Positions 27,701 through 36,171 of a DNA stretch of 64,000 nt are shown in pieces. The stretch lies in sequence record PX880100.1. The stretch is one strand, 5' to 3'. The notes beneath the pieces were generated by a model, which was not told the origin of the DNA, did no database searches, and saw nothing but the letters and a program-made list of their open reading frames with translations. Both the position numbers and the translations under genes were made by a program. Each line of letters starts with the position of its first letter. Within the stretch, counting starts at the first letter, position 1. The stretch is from a phage.

Positions 27701-27868
27701 ATGAAAGTATTTCGATTAGTAGTAAGTGACAAACGCTTAGGTAAGAATACATCAAAATCCTTACTTGCTCATTATGGTAGAAATTGGGATGAAGTAATGG
27801 CAGAGTTTAGTACTAATCACTCTTACTTGAAAGTTCACTCTATTAAAGAAGTATACAATGGTTACTAA
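27701..27868 (+). CDS. hypothetical small protein (55 aa)
   Basis: Hand-translated; SD-like upstream; ends 2 nt before tRNA-Lys. Confidence 0.4.
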   Translation: MKVFRLVVSDKRLGKNTSKSLLAHYGRNWDEVMAEFSTNHSYLKVHSIKEVYNGY

Positions 27869-27869
27869 T

Positions 27870-27948
27870 AGATCGCTAGCTCAATAGGTTTAGTAGCATC
27901 CGACTTTTAATCGGAAGGTTCTGGGTTCAAGTCCCAGGCGATCTACCA
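27870..27948 (+). tRNA. tRNA-Lys (anticodon UUU)
   Basis: Perfect acceptor AGATCGC/GCGATCT; anticodon stem TCCGA/TCGGA; T-loop TTCAAGT; CCA. Confidence 0.7.
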
Positions 27949-27952
27949 ATTT

Positions 27953-28026
27953 GCTCGGTTAGTTTAATGGGAGAACCCCGTCTTTACATGGCGGTTGAGA
28001 TAGTTCGATTCTATCACCGGGTACCA
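27953..28026 (+). tRNA. tRNA-Val (anticodon UAC)
   Basis: T-arm GATAG-TTCGATT-CTATC; anticodon stem CCGTC/GGCGG; CCA. Confidence 0.65.
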
Positions 28027-28045
28027 ATTAACTCAAAATAAGGAA

Positions 28046-28405
28046 TTGCAAATGCAATTATCAAGCAAGATTCAAGGTTATTTCGGTCATGTGACAATGG
28101 AGTTCGCTATCTCTAAAGGTTGGGACTTCGAACAAGATTTAGCTGAGTTCTACAAAGATATTGATCTGAACGTACCGTACATGGGACTTTCTACTGGTCA
28201 GGAGATCACAGAAGCCGATGTATTCAAGGCAAGTCAAGGTGAGGTAACACCTAGTTTTGCCGAGTTCTGGTTAGGCATTACGTTAAAAGAAGATGCACCA
28301 GATAGTGGTGTACTAATGTCTAGTATGCACTCTGGAAGTTCCGATTACCTTTTCATTAGCGATGTTAAGGAAATACAAGAAGTCTGCAAAAATGTACTTG
28401 CTTGA
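28046..28405 (+). CDS. hypothetical protein
   Basis: ORF track; AAGGAAT upstream. Confidence 0.45.
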   Translation: MQMQLSSKIQGYFGHVTMEFAISKGWDFEQDLAEFYKDIDLNVPYMGLSTGQEITEADVFKASQGEVTPSFAEFWLGITLKEDAPDSGVLMSSMHSGSSDYLFISDVKEIQEVCKNVLA

Positions 28406-28664
28406 TGCTTAATTTCTTGTTATAATATTTATATAAATTGATGAGGAGAAATCCTCATCATAGTTCACTAAGGTATTAGCTCGACCTAGGACTGGCTGCC
28501 AAAAAGCACGATCCCTACGATTCGGGAGAAGTTCTAGATTGGTCCACTAGATTCAGCGGCAACTGAATAGTGTATTGGGTTTGCGAGATGACGTAGTTCC
28601 TTCCGCTCTAAGCGAAGGTGCTGTAGTTACGCCGAGCTAATAGCCTTAGTAAACTAAAGAATTT

Positions 28665-28743
28665 GGGGAATGGGTCTGCATGGAGTGGACACCTCGCTTG
28701 CACCGAGGACATCAGAACGGTTCGATTCCGTTATTCTCCACCA
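28665..28743 (+). tRNA. tRNA-Ala (anticodon UGC)
   Basis: Anticodon stem CCTCG/CGAGG; T-arm AACGG-TTCGATT-CCGTT; CCA. Confidence 0.65.
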
Positions 28744-28748
28744 AATAC

Positions 28749-28825
28749 GCGTGATTGATGGAATTGGCATACATACCGTCCTTAGAAGTCGGGTTTTGAG
28801 GGTTCGAATCCCTTGTCACGCACCA
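28749..28825 (+). tRNA. tRNA, anticodon UAG (Leu-type) with short variable arm
   Basis: Perfect acceptor GCGTGAT/GTCACGC; T-loop TTCGAAT; loop CTTAGAA. Confidence 0.5.
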
Positions 28826-28937
28826 AATTTGATGGTCAGAGTAAATTAAACCTACTATCTCGGTTGAGCTGTTTTAATGGGTTCGAATCCCAGCGAGGCG
28901 TAACTGCCTGGTGTGATAGAGGCATCATCTTATTATT

Positions 28938-29028
28938 GGAAGAGCAAATCGAATTGGCGACGAAAACCGCTTGGAAAGTGGCTGACTGGTAAAACGGCTT
29001 GAGAGTTCAAATCTCTCCTCTTCCGCCA
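28938..29028 (+). tRNA. tRNA-Ser (anticodon GGA), class II
   Basis: Perfect acceptor GGAAGAG/CTCTTCC; T-arm GAGAG-TTCAAAT-CTCTC; long variable arm; CCA. Confidence 0.6.
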
Positions 29029-29040
29029 AACAATTTATAT

Positions 29041-29135
29041 GGTAGGTCAATCCAATGGCTGGCGTGGGACTCCGACTTGAAATCGGTTGATCGTAGTGAT
29101 ACGGTGTAAGGGTTCGATCCCCTTACCTACCTCCA
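29041..29135 (+). tRNA. tRNA-Ser (anticodon UGA), class II
   Basis: Perfect acceptor GGTAGGT/ACCTACC; T-arm AAGGG-TTCGATC-CCCTT; 20-nt variable arm; CCA. Confidence 0.6.
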
Positions 29136-29501
29136 AATCTTGAAGTATGCCGGAATCGGTAGACGGGGCTGCCTAAAAGGTTTATAGGGAACATCCACTC
29201 CCTGCAACATACCCCATAAAGCGGCTGAGATAAATGGTCTATCTCGTGAAGGTTCAAGTCCTTCTGCTTCTTGATACATCAATGGCTCAAAGTGTAACGG
29301 CGCTATTTGATGCGCTTAGTAAGACTTCCCCGACATGCGTTCGGGAGTAAGCTGCTAAGGCTAGAGTAGAAGAGTTTCTGAGAGCCGCCACAATTGAAGA
29401 TTCGTACTCGTCTTGAGCTGCGTGCAATAGGAGATAACTTGATTAGTATTCTAGAACATGCTAATTGAGGAAGGTTTCGCTAACCCTGCGAGTTTTCAAT
29501 T

Positions 29502-29578
29502 GTGGCTATATCATAATTGGTTAATGATCCTGATTGTGAATCAGGCCTATGTGGATTCGAATTCCACTAGCCACCCCA
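29502..29578 (+). tRNA. tRNA-His (anticodon GUG)
   Basis: Perfect acceptor and anticodon stems; T-arm GTGGA-TTCGAAT-TCCAC; CCA. Confidence 0.7.
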
Positions 29579-29603
29579 AATTAACTTAAATAGGAAATAA
29601 AAT

Positions 29604-29798
29604 ATGGCTGATTTCTGCAAACAATGCTCCATTGATATGTGGGGCAGAGATACTGGTGATCTTTCTGGTTTGATTACAGAAGCTGAAGTTAAAGAAGGCT
29701 ACGGTGCTGTTGTGATTTGCGAGGGATGCGGAGTTATTCGAGTAGATCATGAAGGCAAACGTTTGGAAGAATCTGAGCCAACAACAATTTTTCCGTAG
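29604..29798 (+). CDS. small zinc-ribbon protein
   Basis: CKQC...CEGC; AGGAAAT upstream. Confidence 0.45.
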   Translation: MADFCKQCSIDMWGRDTGDLSGLITEAEVKEGYGAVVICEGCGVIRVDHEGKRLEESEPTTIFP

Positions 29799-29810
29799 AA
29801 TAAAAATTAT

Positions 29811-29886
29811 TGGGATGTAGATCAATTGGCAGATCGTCGGCCTCTGACTCCGAAGGCTCCACGTTCGATCCGTGGCATCCCAGCCA
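29811..29886 (+). tRNA. tRNA-Gln (anticodon CUG)
   Basis: Perfect acceptor TGGGATG/CATCCCA; D-stem GATC/GATC; T-arm CCACG-TTCGATC-CGTGG; CCA. Confidence 0.65.
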
Positions 29887-29892
29887 AATAAT

Positions 29893-29968
29893 TGGAGAGT
29901 AGTGTAACGGTTAGCACAACGGCCTTTGACTCCGTTAATGGTAGGTTCGATTCCTCCTTCTCCAGCCA
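29893..29968 (+). tRNA. tRNA-Gln (anticodon UUG)
   Basis: Paralogous anticodon arm to previous tRNA; T-loop TTCGATT; CCA. Confidence 0.6.
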
Positions 29969-29976
29969 AATAATAA

Positions 29977-30052
29977 GCGGTTAAGCACACGGGTTGTGTC
30001 GCAGGCCTTCCAAGCCTCGCTGAGTAGGGTTCGATTCCCTCTAGCCGCTCCA
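29977..30052 (+). tRNA. tRNA-Gly (anticodon UCC)
   Basis: Acceptor GCGGTTA/TAGCCGC; loop CTTCCAA; T-loop TTCGATT; CCA. Confidence 0.55.
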
Positions 30053-30068
30053 ACTTTAAGGGGACATT

Positions 30069-30290
30069 ATGCACGTTTTTGAGTTTCGTAATAAAAGTAC
30101 CGATAAACGAGTTATTGTTATCGGGGAAACATACCGAGCATACGAACAAACTGACGGCTCTGTTATCCTGAATGACGAAAAAGGAGGTTTTAGCTTTTAT
30201 CCCAAAGAAACTTACGAAGAATTTCGTACAAAGTTTCTTCTACCAGACTGGCTAGAAGTAGCGCAGCAACGAGAACCCGAAGATGGCTGA
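30069..30290 (+). CDS. hypothetical protein
   Basis: ORF track; SD-like AAGGGGA upstream. Confidence 0.45.
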   Translation: MHVFEFRNKSTDKRVIVIGETYRAYEQTDGSVILNDEKGGFSFYPKETYEEFRTKFLLPDWLEVAQQREPEDG

Positions 30291-30447
30291 TAACCTAAAA
30301 GTCAAGATCGATAAACAAAAGAAACGTGTCGAAGTAGAGATTGGTGAAGAACGTGTAGCCTTCACCTTTGAATTTCTACAACAAATGGCAATGACAGTTA
30401 TGACTGATAAGTCTCCTGTTATTGAAAAAGAAATCCCGTTGAAATAA
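30283..30447 (+). CDS. hypothetical small protein (54 aa)
   Basis: Hand-translated; ATG overlaps upstream stop (ATGGCTGA). Confidence 0.35.
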   Translation: MADNLKVKIDKQKKRVEVEIGEERVAFTFEFLQQMAMTVMTDKSPVIEKEIPLK

Positions 30448-30456
30448 CGGGCTATC

Positions 30457-30531
30457 GCTCCTAAAGCATTGTTGGCGATGCAGTTGCCTTGTAAGCATCT
30501 GAACCGGGTTCGATTCCTGGTGGGAGCACCA
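30457..30531 (+). tRNA. tRNA-Thr (anticodon UGU)
   Basis: D-stem GCAT/ATGC; T-arm CCGGG-TTCGATT-CCTGG; CCA. Confidence 0.6.
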
Positions 30532-30546
30532 AATTTAAAAATTCAT

Positions 30547-30575
30547 TTGCTTTCTCTCTTATTTCTTGTTATAAT
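30547..30575 (+). promoter_or_regulatory. N25-like early promoter
   Basis: TTGCTT-17 bp-TATAAT, then ATAAATTAATGAGAGGG. Confidence 0.65.
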
Positions 30576-30605
30576 ATTTATATAAATTAATGAGAGGGAA
30601 GCCAA

Positions 30606-30899
30606 ATGAAACGTTATCTTTCTGTTGTGTTCCAAACTGGTGGTCAGCGCTATACTTACGAATTTCCTGGCTCTTGGAAAGTCAAAGAAGGTGATCAAGT
30701 AGTTGTATTAACACCGCGTGACGGGTATAAGGTAGTAACGGTTAAGCAAGTATTTTCAAAAGACTATGAACCGTCTAAGTCTATTAACTATAAGATGATT
30801 CATGGTGTAGTTCGTCAAGTACCACGAGCGGAAGTCGAAATCAAAGTAGATAAAGATGATAAACTTAAATATACCTCTTGCATAGACGAGTTGCTATAA
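30606..30899 (+). CDS. hypothetical protein
   Basis: ORF track; promoter and SD upstream. Confidence 0.5.
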   Translation: MKRYLSVVFQTGGQRYTYEFPGSWKVKEGDQVVVLTPRDGYKVVTVKQVFSKDYEPSKSINYKMIHGVVRQVPRAEVEIKVDKDDKLKYTSCIDELL

Positions 30900-31105
30900 T
30901 GAGGATTACTTTTACAGAAAAGATTATGAGTAATGGTGTTATGATCATTACCGCATGGGACAGTAATCAGTGGTGTAGTGTTTCAGGTATTAAGCCTGAA
31001 GAACAAACACTAGAAAATATCTCAAAGATTAAGCGAAGAATGGCAGAACGTGCACGACTTCCAGGTGCACCTAGAAATGGCAAACGTTCTGCTGTGAAAT
31101 GTTAA
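30878..31105 (+). CDS. hypothetical protein
   Basis: ORF track; start uncertain. Confidence 0.35.
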   Translation: MHRRVAIMRITFTEKIMSNGVMIITAWDSNQWCSVSGIKPEEQTLENISKIKRRMAERARLPGAPRNGKRSAVKC

Positions 31106-31106
31106 T

Positions 31107-31183
31107 GCTTCGGTAGCTTAGCGATCTAAAGCACTCGGCTGATAACCGAGAGATCGGGGGTTTAAATCCCTCCCGGAGTACCA
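31107..31183 (+). tRNA. tRNA-Ile (anticodon GAU)
   Basis: Perfect anticodon stem CTCGG/CCGAG; T-loop TTTAAAT; CCA. Confidence 0.6.
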
Positions 31184-31279
31184 AATTTAGGAATTAAGAC
31201 TATGCGTCCAGGAAAGTTTAGAAAAGCTAATTGGTCTAAAGAGTATAAAGAATACTTACTTAGTCTAGTAAAACATAAC

Positions 31280-31355
31280 AGTTAGTTGGCAGAGTGGTTA
31301 TGCACCTCCTTCATACGGAGCGACTACAGTGGTTCAAATCCACTACTAACTACCA
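31280..31355 (+). tRNA. tRNA with CAU anticodon (Met/fMet/Ile2)
   Basis: Perfect acceptor AGTTAGT/ACTAACT; T-arm AGTGG-TTCAAAT-CCACT; CCA. Confidence 0.6.
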
Positions 31356-31392
31356 TTAAAACAGCTAGAGATAGCTAAATATAGGAGCAATT

Positions 31393-31587
31393 ATGTTAAC
31401 AGTTAAAATAATGTCCACTGATGGTGGTGAGCAGATTCATGTTGGTAAAAGCGTAGGGTTTAACCCCAGAAATAAAAGCATAGCTATTTCTGGAATAGAT
31501 CAAGCAATCTTCTTAAAAGAAGATGAAGTAGCATACGTTATGAACCAAACCGGTAAGACAGTTTCTGTATATCGTGGTAAACTATAG
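31393..31587 (+). CDS. hypothetical protein
   Basis: ORF track; AGGAGCAA upstream. Confidence 0.45.
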   Translation: MLTVKIMSTDGGEQIHVGKSVGFNPRNKSIAISGIDQAIFLKEDEVAYVMNQTGKTVSVYRGKL

Positions 31588-31629
31588 AGAATAAAGAGCT
31601 GAGCCAATTTCTAACATCAGGGAGATCTA

Positions 31630-31998
31630 ATGAAAGCATATCAAAATCTTAAATCTGGAGTAATCAACCTCGTTCATGAAAATCAGATCATTCAACTATA
31701 CTCCGATAACGGTGAACTTAAACAGAAAGTTCTAGTTGAAGACCTAGAAGGTATCACACCACAATTCGATCCCGAAGCCTTCCGTGAGGTCAAAGTGGAA
31801 GTCGCCCCTCAAATCGAAGGTGGTCAACACCTAAACGTCAATGTGTTAAGCCGTGATCAGCTTTTGGATGCGCAGAAACATCCTGAAAAATACCCTCAAT
31901 TAACTATCCGTGTTTCAGGGTACGCTGTACGTTTTAACGCACTGACGCGTGAACAACAGAACGACGTTATTAGTCGTACATTTACTCAGGCGATGTAA
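31630..31998 (+). CDS. grcA: autonomous glycyl radical cofactor (GrcA/YfiD-like)
   Basis: C-terminus [10 protein letters not shown]...[20 protein letters not shown] matches the glycyl-radical domain signature RVSGY. Confidence 0.75.
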   Translation: MKAYQNLKSGVINLVHENQIIQLYSDNGELKQKVLVEDLEGITPQFDPEAFREVKVEVAPQIEGGQHLNVNVLSRDQLLDAQKHPEKYPQLTIRVSGYAVRFNALTREQQNDVISRTFTQAM

Positions 31999-32079
31999 TG
32001 GGGTTTGGATACGGTTTCTCCGAACTACGCAAGGTAGTCGAGCAAACTCCATTTATCTCTCAAGTTTTAGGAGAAATGT

Positions 32080-32394
32080 GTGGATCGAGCATTAAGACGT
32101 CATCACCGCCAACGTGTGAAGAACAACCGCAAGAAGTATTGGACAGTCTTTCCACATGAAGAAAGCCCTAAGCGGTTAGGTATTATCACTACTACTCCTT
32201 GCATCTGTTCTTGTTGGATGTGTGGGGACCCTCGCAAATACTATAAGAATAGTAAAGCAGGCATGAAAATTTCGGAGATTAGAAAAATGGAAGCAATGAT
32301 TATGGGCATCTCAAATGATGAATTTGATGGCTTTGTAGGATTCGGAGAAGGAATTAGCTCAGGCTGTTTCGAAGATGAACGCCCCGATCTGTAA
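32080..32394 (+). CDS. hypothetical basic Cys-rich protein
   Basis: ORF track; terminator immediately downstream. Confidence 0.4.
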   Translation: MDRALRRHHRQRVKNNRKKYWTVFPHEESPKRLGIITTTPCICSCWMCGDPRKYYKNSKAGMKISEIRKMEAMIMGISNDEFDGFVGFGEGISSGCFEDERPDL

Positions 32395-32403
32395 TTAATA
32401 ACA

Positions 32404-32440
32404 AACCCCAGCTATTGAATAAGTAGTCTGGGGTTTTTCT
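32404..32440 (+). terminator. Rho-independent terminator
   Basis: AACCCCAG...CTGGGGTT hairpin then TTTTT. Confidence 0.6.
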
Positions 32441-32515
32441 GTATACAGGTAAATAATCTATGTATAATAAAATTCATCCACATTAGGTTAATTTAAAAGA
32501 CTTAATGGAGGTAAT

Positions 32516-32863
32516 ATGAGCCGTACTTATCGTAAACAATCTGGTGATCAGTGGTGGAAGTCTAAAGAACACTTCTCTCAAGAATATTCTTTCTTCAAAG
32601 AAAATGGCTACTGGATTCGTGTTATTTATGCCAAATCCTGGGACGACATCAAAAAAGAAATGAAGGAAGCAACCATTCGTAATGAGAAAAAGGATGGTTA
32701 TAACTGGAATTCCATTAGTAAGAATGTTAAGTGGCACTCTAATAAAATGGTTCGTCAAGGGAATCGTCAAGAACTCCACCGCGTGATGAAAGATCCAGAA
32801 AATTACGATTATAATCGCGATCATGACATGCGTAAGCGTGGGTTATGGTGGTGCTATGACTAA
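32516..32863 (+). CDS. hypothetical Trp-rich protein
   Basis: ORF track; GGAGG upstream. Confidence 0.45.
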   Translation: MSRTYRKQSGDQWWKSKEHFSQEYSFFKENGYWIRVIYAKSWDDIKKEMKEATIRNEKKDGYNWNSISKNVKWHSNKMVRQGNRQELHRVMKDPENYDYNRDHDMRKRGLWWCYD

Positions 32864-32939
32864 ATTCTGAAATAATTCATTTGCTAAACCTCTCTTTTCT
32901 TGCTATAATATATTTATAAATTGATGAGAGAGGTTTGAA

Positions 32940-33221
32940 ATGAAAAATCGCCTAGACTGTGCCATTCATGTTCTTGAACATGATGTTACTGGAACCTGTA
33001 TGTCCTACCATGAAGCAGGTCGTTTAATTAAAGAACGTGTGGCAGATGTGTGCGGATTGAAGATTACTGCTGAGGAAGCTGATGATCTTTTAGGTCAAGC
33101 ACTGGAGAAAACCGAAATGTTCCTCTGCGATTCTTGTTCTTGGTGGTGTGAAGCTCACGAACGTTCTTTCAACGATTATGATGTATGTCGTGATTGTAGT
33201 GGGGAGGATGAAGATGAATAA
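32940..33221 (+). CDS. hypothetical Cys-rich acidic protein
   Basis: ORF track; promoter cassette upstream. Confidence 0.45.
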   Translation: MKNRLDCAIHVLEHDVTGTCMSYHEAGRLIKERVADVCGLKITAEEADDLLGQALEKTEMFLCDSCSWWCEAHERSFNDYDVCRDCSGEDEDE

Positions 33222-33513
33222 GTTTATTATTGCACTGATGATCTCCGCAGTTAGTTTCGGTTCTCTGGCGTCTACCAAAGTTTCTATGAAAAATGGTAAT
33301 GTTAAAGTCCAACAGAGCGGCATTATTACCGAGTATGGTAAAGTTCGTGATGTTAAAGAACGTAATGGTAAGGTAGAAATCTATACTAATAAAAACTTCT
33401 CTACTCCAGCCGTTACTATTAGCAAACGCGGTGAAATAACCACTCAACGTACTAATAGCTCCAGTTCTTTTACTTGTCGTTATGATTGCGACTTTGAAGG
33501 TGAAGATGAATAA
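33214..33513 (+). CDS. secreted protein with signal peptide
   Basis: MNKFIIALMISAVSFGSLAS signal sequence; start trimmed to ATG 6 nt after GGAGG. Confidence 0.45.
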   Translation: MNKFIIALMISAVSFGSLASTKVSMKNGNVKVQQSGIITEYGKVRDVKERNGKVEIYTNKNFSTPAVTISKRGEITTQRTNSSSSFTCRYDCDFEGEDE

Positions 33514-33901
33514 TTTAGACCCTAGAATTAAATTTGCAATTACAGAAATCCAAGATCAAATTGATGAGGACTTCACTGTTTGGTCAAGGTCTGGTAATGG
33601 AGAATATTGCCAGCTTTATAGCATGAAAATGGGTATCTCAATTGAGCTTAATATCAACTCTGAAGGCAGAGTAGAAGCCCAACCCATGTTCAGTGTTCCA
33701 GGCTTCTCTGGATTTGTTGCAGGTATAAAATTGTGTCTACCAAATAACCATCTTCATCGAGTTATTTGTCAGCTAGAGACTATTAAGCATTTCTTGCCAG
33801 AAGATAACATTAATGACTACTACCACGAAGTTGTAGCAGCTCATATGATGAAAGAATCTAAACGTCGGAGAGAAGAACGTGAAAAGACTAAACATCAATA
33901 G
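33506..33901 (+). CDS. hypothetical protein
   Basis: Track ORF 33482..33901 trimmed to ATG overlapping upstream stop. Confidence 0.4.
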   Translation: MNNLDPRIKFAITEIQDQIDEDFTVWSRSGNGEYCQLYSMKMGISIELNINSEGRVEAQPMFSVPGFSGFVAGIKLCLPNNHLHRVICQLETIKHFLPEDNINDYYHEVVAAHMMKESKRRREEREKTKHQ

Positions 33902-34175
33902 CACAGTGCAGATTCCAGCAACTAAGGATGTTTTAACATTCCTACGGAGTGAAAACGCTCAGTTTTGGCATGATCATGTTGTAAAGAACGGTAGTACTCC
34001 AGATGTAGTTGCCTTTGCTAAAAAACGTATCGAAGAATATAAAGATCCAGAGATTAAAGATGGGATGATTACTATGCAATTGTGGGTAGCCATGAATACG
34101 TTTGGACCTACTATGAGTCTAGGAGTTACTCCACTGTTTACTAATATTCTAATTAATGAAAAGGATCTGAAATGA
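33879..34175 (+). CDS. hypothetical protein
   Basis: ORF track. Confidence 0.4.
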   Translation: MKRLNINSTVQIPATKDVLTFLRSENAQFWHDHVVKNGSTPDVVAFAKKRIEEYKDPEIKDGMITMQLWVAMNTFGPTMSLGVTPLFTNILINEKDLK

Positions 34176-34456
34176 TTATCTCTCCATTTGCTCTTTGGTT
34201 CGTCATTGGATCTATAGTAGCTATTTACAGCTTGGTTGATGATCTGTATATTTCTAAGAATAAAGATGTAATATTATACGTTATACATAAAACTCGACCG
34301 TTAGATCTGCCTCCTCTTGATGATAAAACATTACTCAGATGTGCTAGATCTATGATATTTATTGTGGATATTCTTCTAGGCCCAACATCTGTATTTTTCT
34401 TTTATAGAAAGACTCGTAATATGAAAAAATTTAAAGCTGAAATGCAGAATACCTAA
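34172..34456 (+). CDS. hypothetical membrane protein
   Basis: Two hydrophobic segments. Confidence 0.4.
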   Translation: MIISPFALWFVIGSIVAIYSLVDDLYISKNKDVILYVIHKTRPLDLPPLDDKTLLRCARSMIFIVDILLGPTSVFFFYRKTRNMKKFKAEMQNT

Positions 34457-34566
34457 AGAACTCGCGTAGGACCGAGTTGCGTCACCTGCAGCTGTTACGG
34501 ATAAGGGAGTCGTGCCCCTTAGTGCGGTAAGTGGTGAGGTGGCTGCTAGCCATAACTGGAGATAAT

Positions 34567-34911
34567 ATGACTACATTACTAATTCTTGTTACAACTTGGT
34601 TTTTAATCGGTGCTGGATATGCGATAGCTATTATTAGACATCTGGACGAATATTCTGCTGAATGGTTTGTTAAGTATCTACGTATTGATGATCAAGAACA
34701 GAAGTTTAAAGATGAAAAGCAGAAAAAAGCAGTAAATAATATGACAGCCAAAGAATGCTTGTTCTACATGCGTATTGTAGGGTTCTTTGGACTATTAGTT
34801 GCTGGCCCAATTGGTTCTACCATTGCCCCGTATAAAGAAACAGTTGCTGACATCAAATTGTGGAGAAATGCAGGGGTACTACGCAAAGCTAGAGAAACTA
34901 ATATTACATAA
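34567..34911 (+). CDS. hypothetical membrane protein
   Basis: Track ORF trimmed to ATG after GGAG; two predicted TM helices. Confidence 0.4.
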   Translation: MTTLLILVTTWFLIGAGYAIAIIRHLDEYSAEWFVKYLRIDDQEQKFKDEKQKKAVNNMTAKECLFYMRIVGFFGLLVAGPIGSTIAPYKETVADIKLWRNAGVLRKARETNIT

Positions 34912-35066
34912 GATTGATATTAAAATCAACTTACTAGCAAAAGCAAATAATGACAAAGCCCAGCCTGCAAAGTTGCGACTGGGCTATTTTTATAATAAAA
35001 TTTTAGTTGCTTAGATGCCCAAACTTTTGTATAATATGTTTATAGATTGAGGCAAGAGGATTAAAT

Positions 35067-35765
35067 ATGAGGATTATTTCTAAGTTCGCCGATGTGTATG
35101 ATTTGCAGAACAGTTTGTTAGACCCAGATCGTGTTTGGGAACGTAAAACTGAAGAGTTGCTGGTTAAAGTAACCGATGATGCAGAAAAGAACATTGTGCA
35201 CACTCGCCAGGTATTTCGTGATGGTTCGCTATCTTTCCGTGGTGATTTCGAATATTTTGTAAACCCACTATTTGTTGCAGGTGAAGTTTACTGGTTACAC
35301 GAGCTATACTGCTGGCATCCAGCATTTAGCTTCAAAACGTTTAATCTCGACACTATGTTCGATAAAATGGAAGAGATGGGATTGCATGCTCGTTCTTACT
35401 TAATGGATAAGAGTCGCGGAGATGTTCGTGAAACAATGCGTGATTTGCTCGCTGAAGCAAAACCTAAAGCAGAACGTATCTTATCCGAACTGCGTGTACC
35501 GATTGCATATGTGAAAGGTATTAAAAAGAACGATAACGATGATGTTCGTAACTTCGTGATTCAGACTAACATTCGTTTCCATCAGTCAGGTATTCCGTGG
35601 CAGGAAATTGAAAGTAACTTATACCGTTTACACCAAGTTCTCGAACAGTATATCTTTGGAGTACTAGGAACTGGTGAGCCTGATATGATTAAAGTATCAG
35701 ATAAAGACAGGTTAGCAGCGCATGGATTTGATACAAAAACTTCTTTCAGGAATATGGCACGGTAA
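35067..35765 (+). CDS. hypothetical protein
   Basis: ORF track; promoter cassette and AGAGGA upstream. Confidence 0.5.
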   Translation: MRIISKFADVYDLQNSLLDPDRVWERKTEELLVKVTDDAEKNIVHTRQVFRDGSLSFRGDFEYFVNPLFVAGEVYWLHELYCWHPAFSFKTFNLDTMFDKMEEMGLHARSYLMDKSRGDVRETMRDLLAEAKPKAERILSELRVPIAYVKGIKKNDNDDVRNFVIQTNIRFHQSGIPWQEIESNLYRLHQVLEQYIFGVLGTGEPDMIKVSDKDRLAAHGFDTKTSFRNMAR

Positions 35766-36171
35766 GTGGTATATCCTGGGAGCAGGTCTAGCGATAGGCA
35801 TCGGGTTTGGTACTTATCACTTAGTAGATAAAGTGGAGACTCTAGCAGGTGATCTTGCAGTAGCTACTAAAAAGATCTCTTCTCTAGAGACTTCGCTTAA
35901 TAAGGTGAAAGCTGAAAGCGAACTTCGTGAGACTAGAATGAATCAGTATTTCACGATGAATAACATTTCGCAAACAGATCTAGACAAAAAGATTAAGCAG
36001 TTAGATAAAGCTCTTAGTCGACAAGATATTATAGCTGCAAAGCCTGGATTGGTAACATTAATTGCTAAAAAGCAGAGTAAAGAGTTCGAGGAAAGATTAG
36101 CGTGTTTAACTGGAAACTTGGAATACTGCTCGCAGCCGCAATCACAATCACAGGCTGTGCAGAAGAAATAA
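35722..36171 (+). CDS. membrane-anchored coiled-coil protein (possible i-spanin)
   Basis: N-terminal TM helix then coiled-coil; overlaps downstream lipoprotein gene. Confidence 0.4.
   Translation: MDLIQKLLSGIWHGKWYILGAGLAIGIGFGTYHLVDKVETLAGDLAVATKKISSLETSLNKVKAESELRETRMNQYFTMNNISQTDLDKKIKQLDKALSRQDIIAAKPGLVTLIAKKQSKEFEERLACLTGNLEYCSQPQSQSQAVQKK

Noticed and set aside
29586-30149. 187-aa minus-strand ORF
   Set aside because: Antisense across three tRNA genes (Gln, Gln, Gly) and a plus-strand small ORF; typical tRNA-array artefact.
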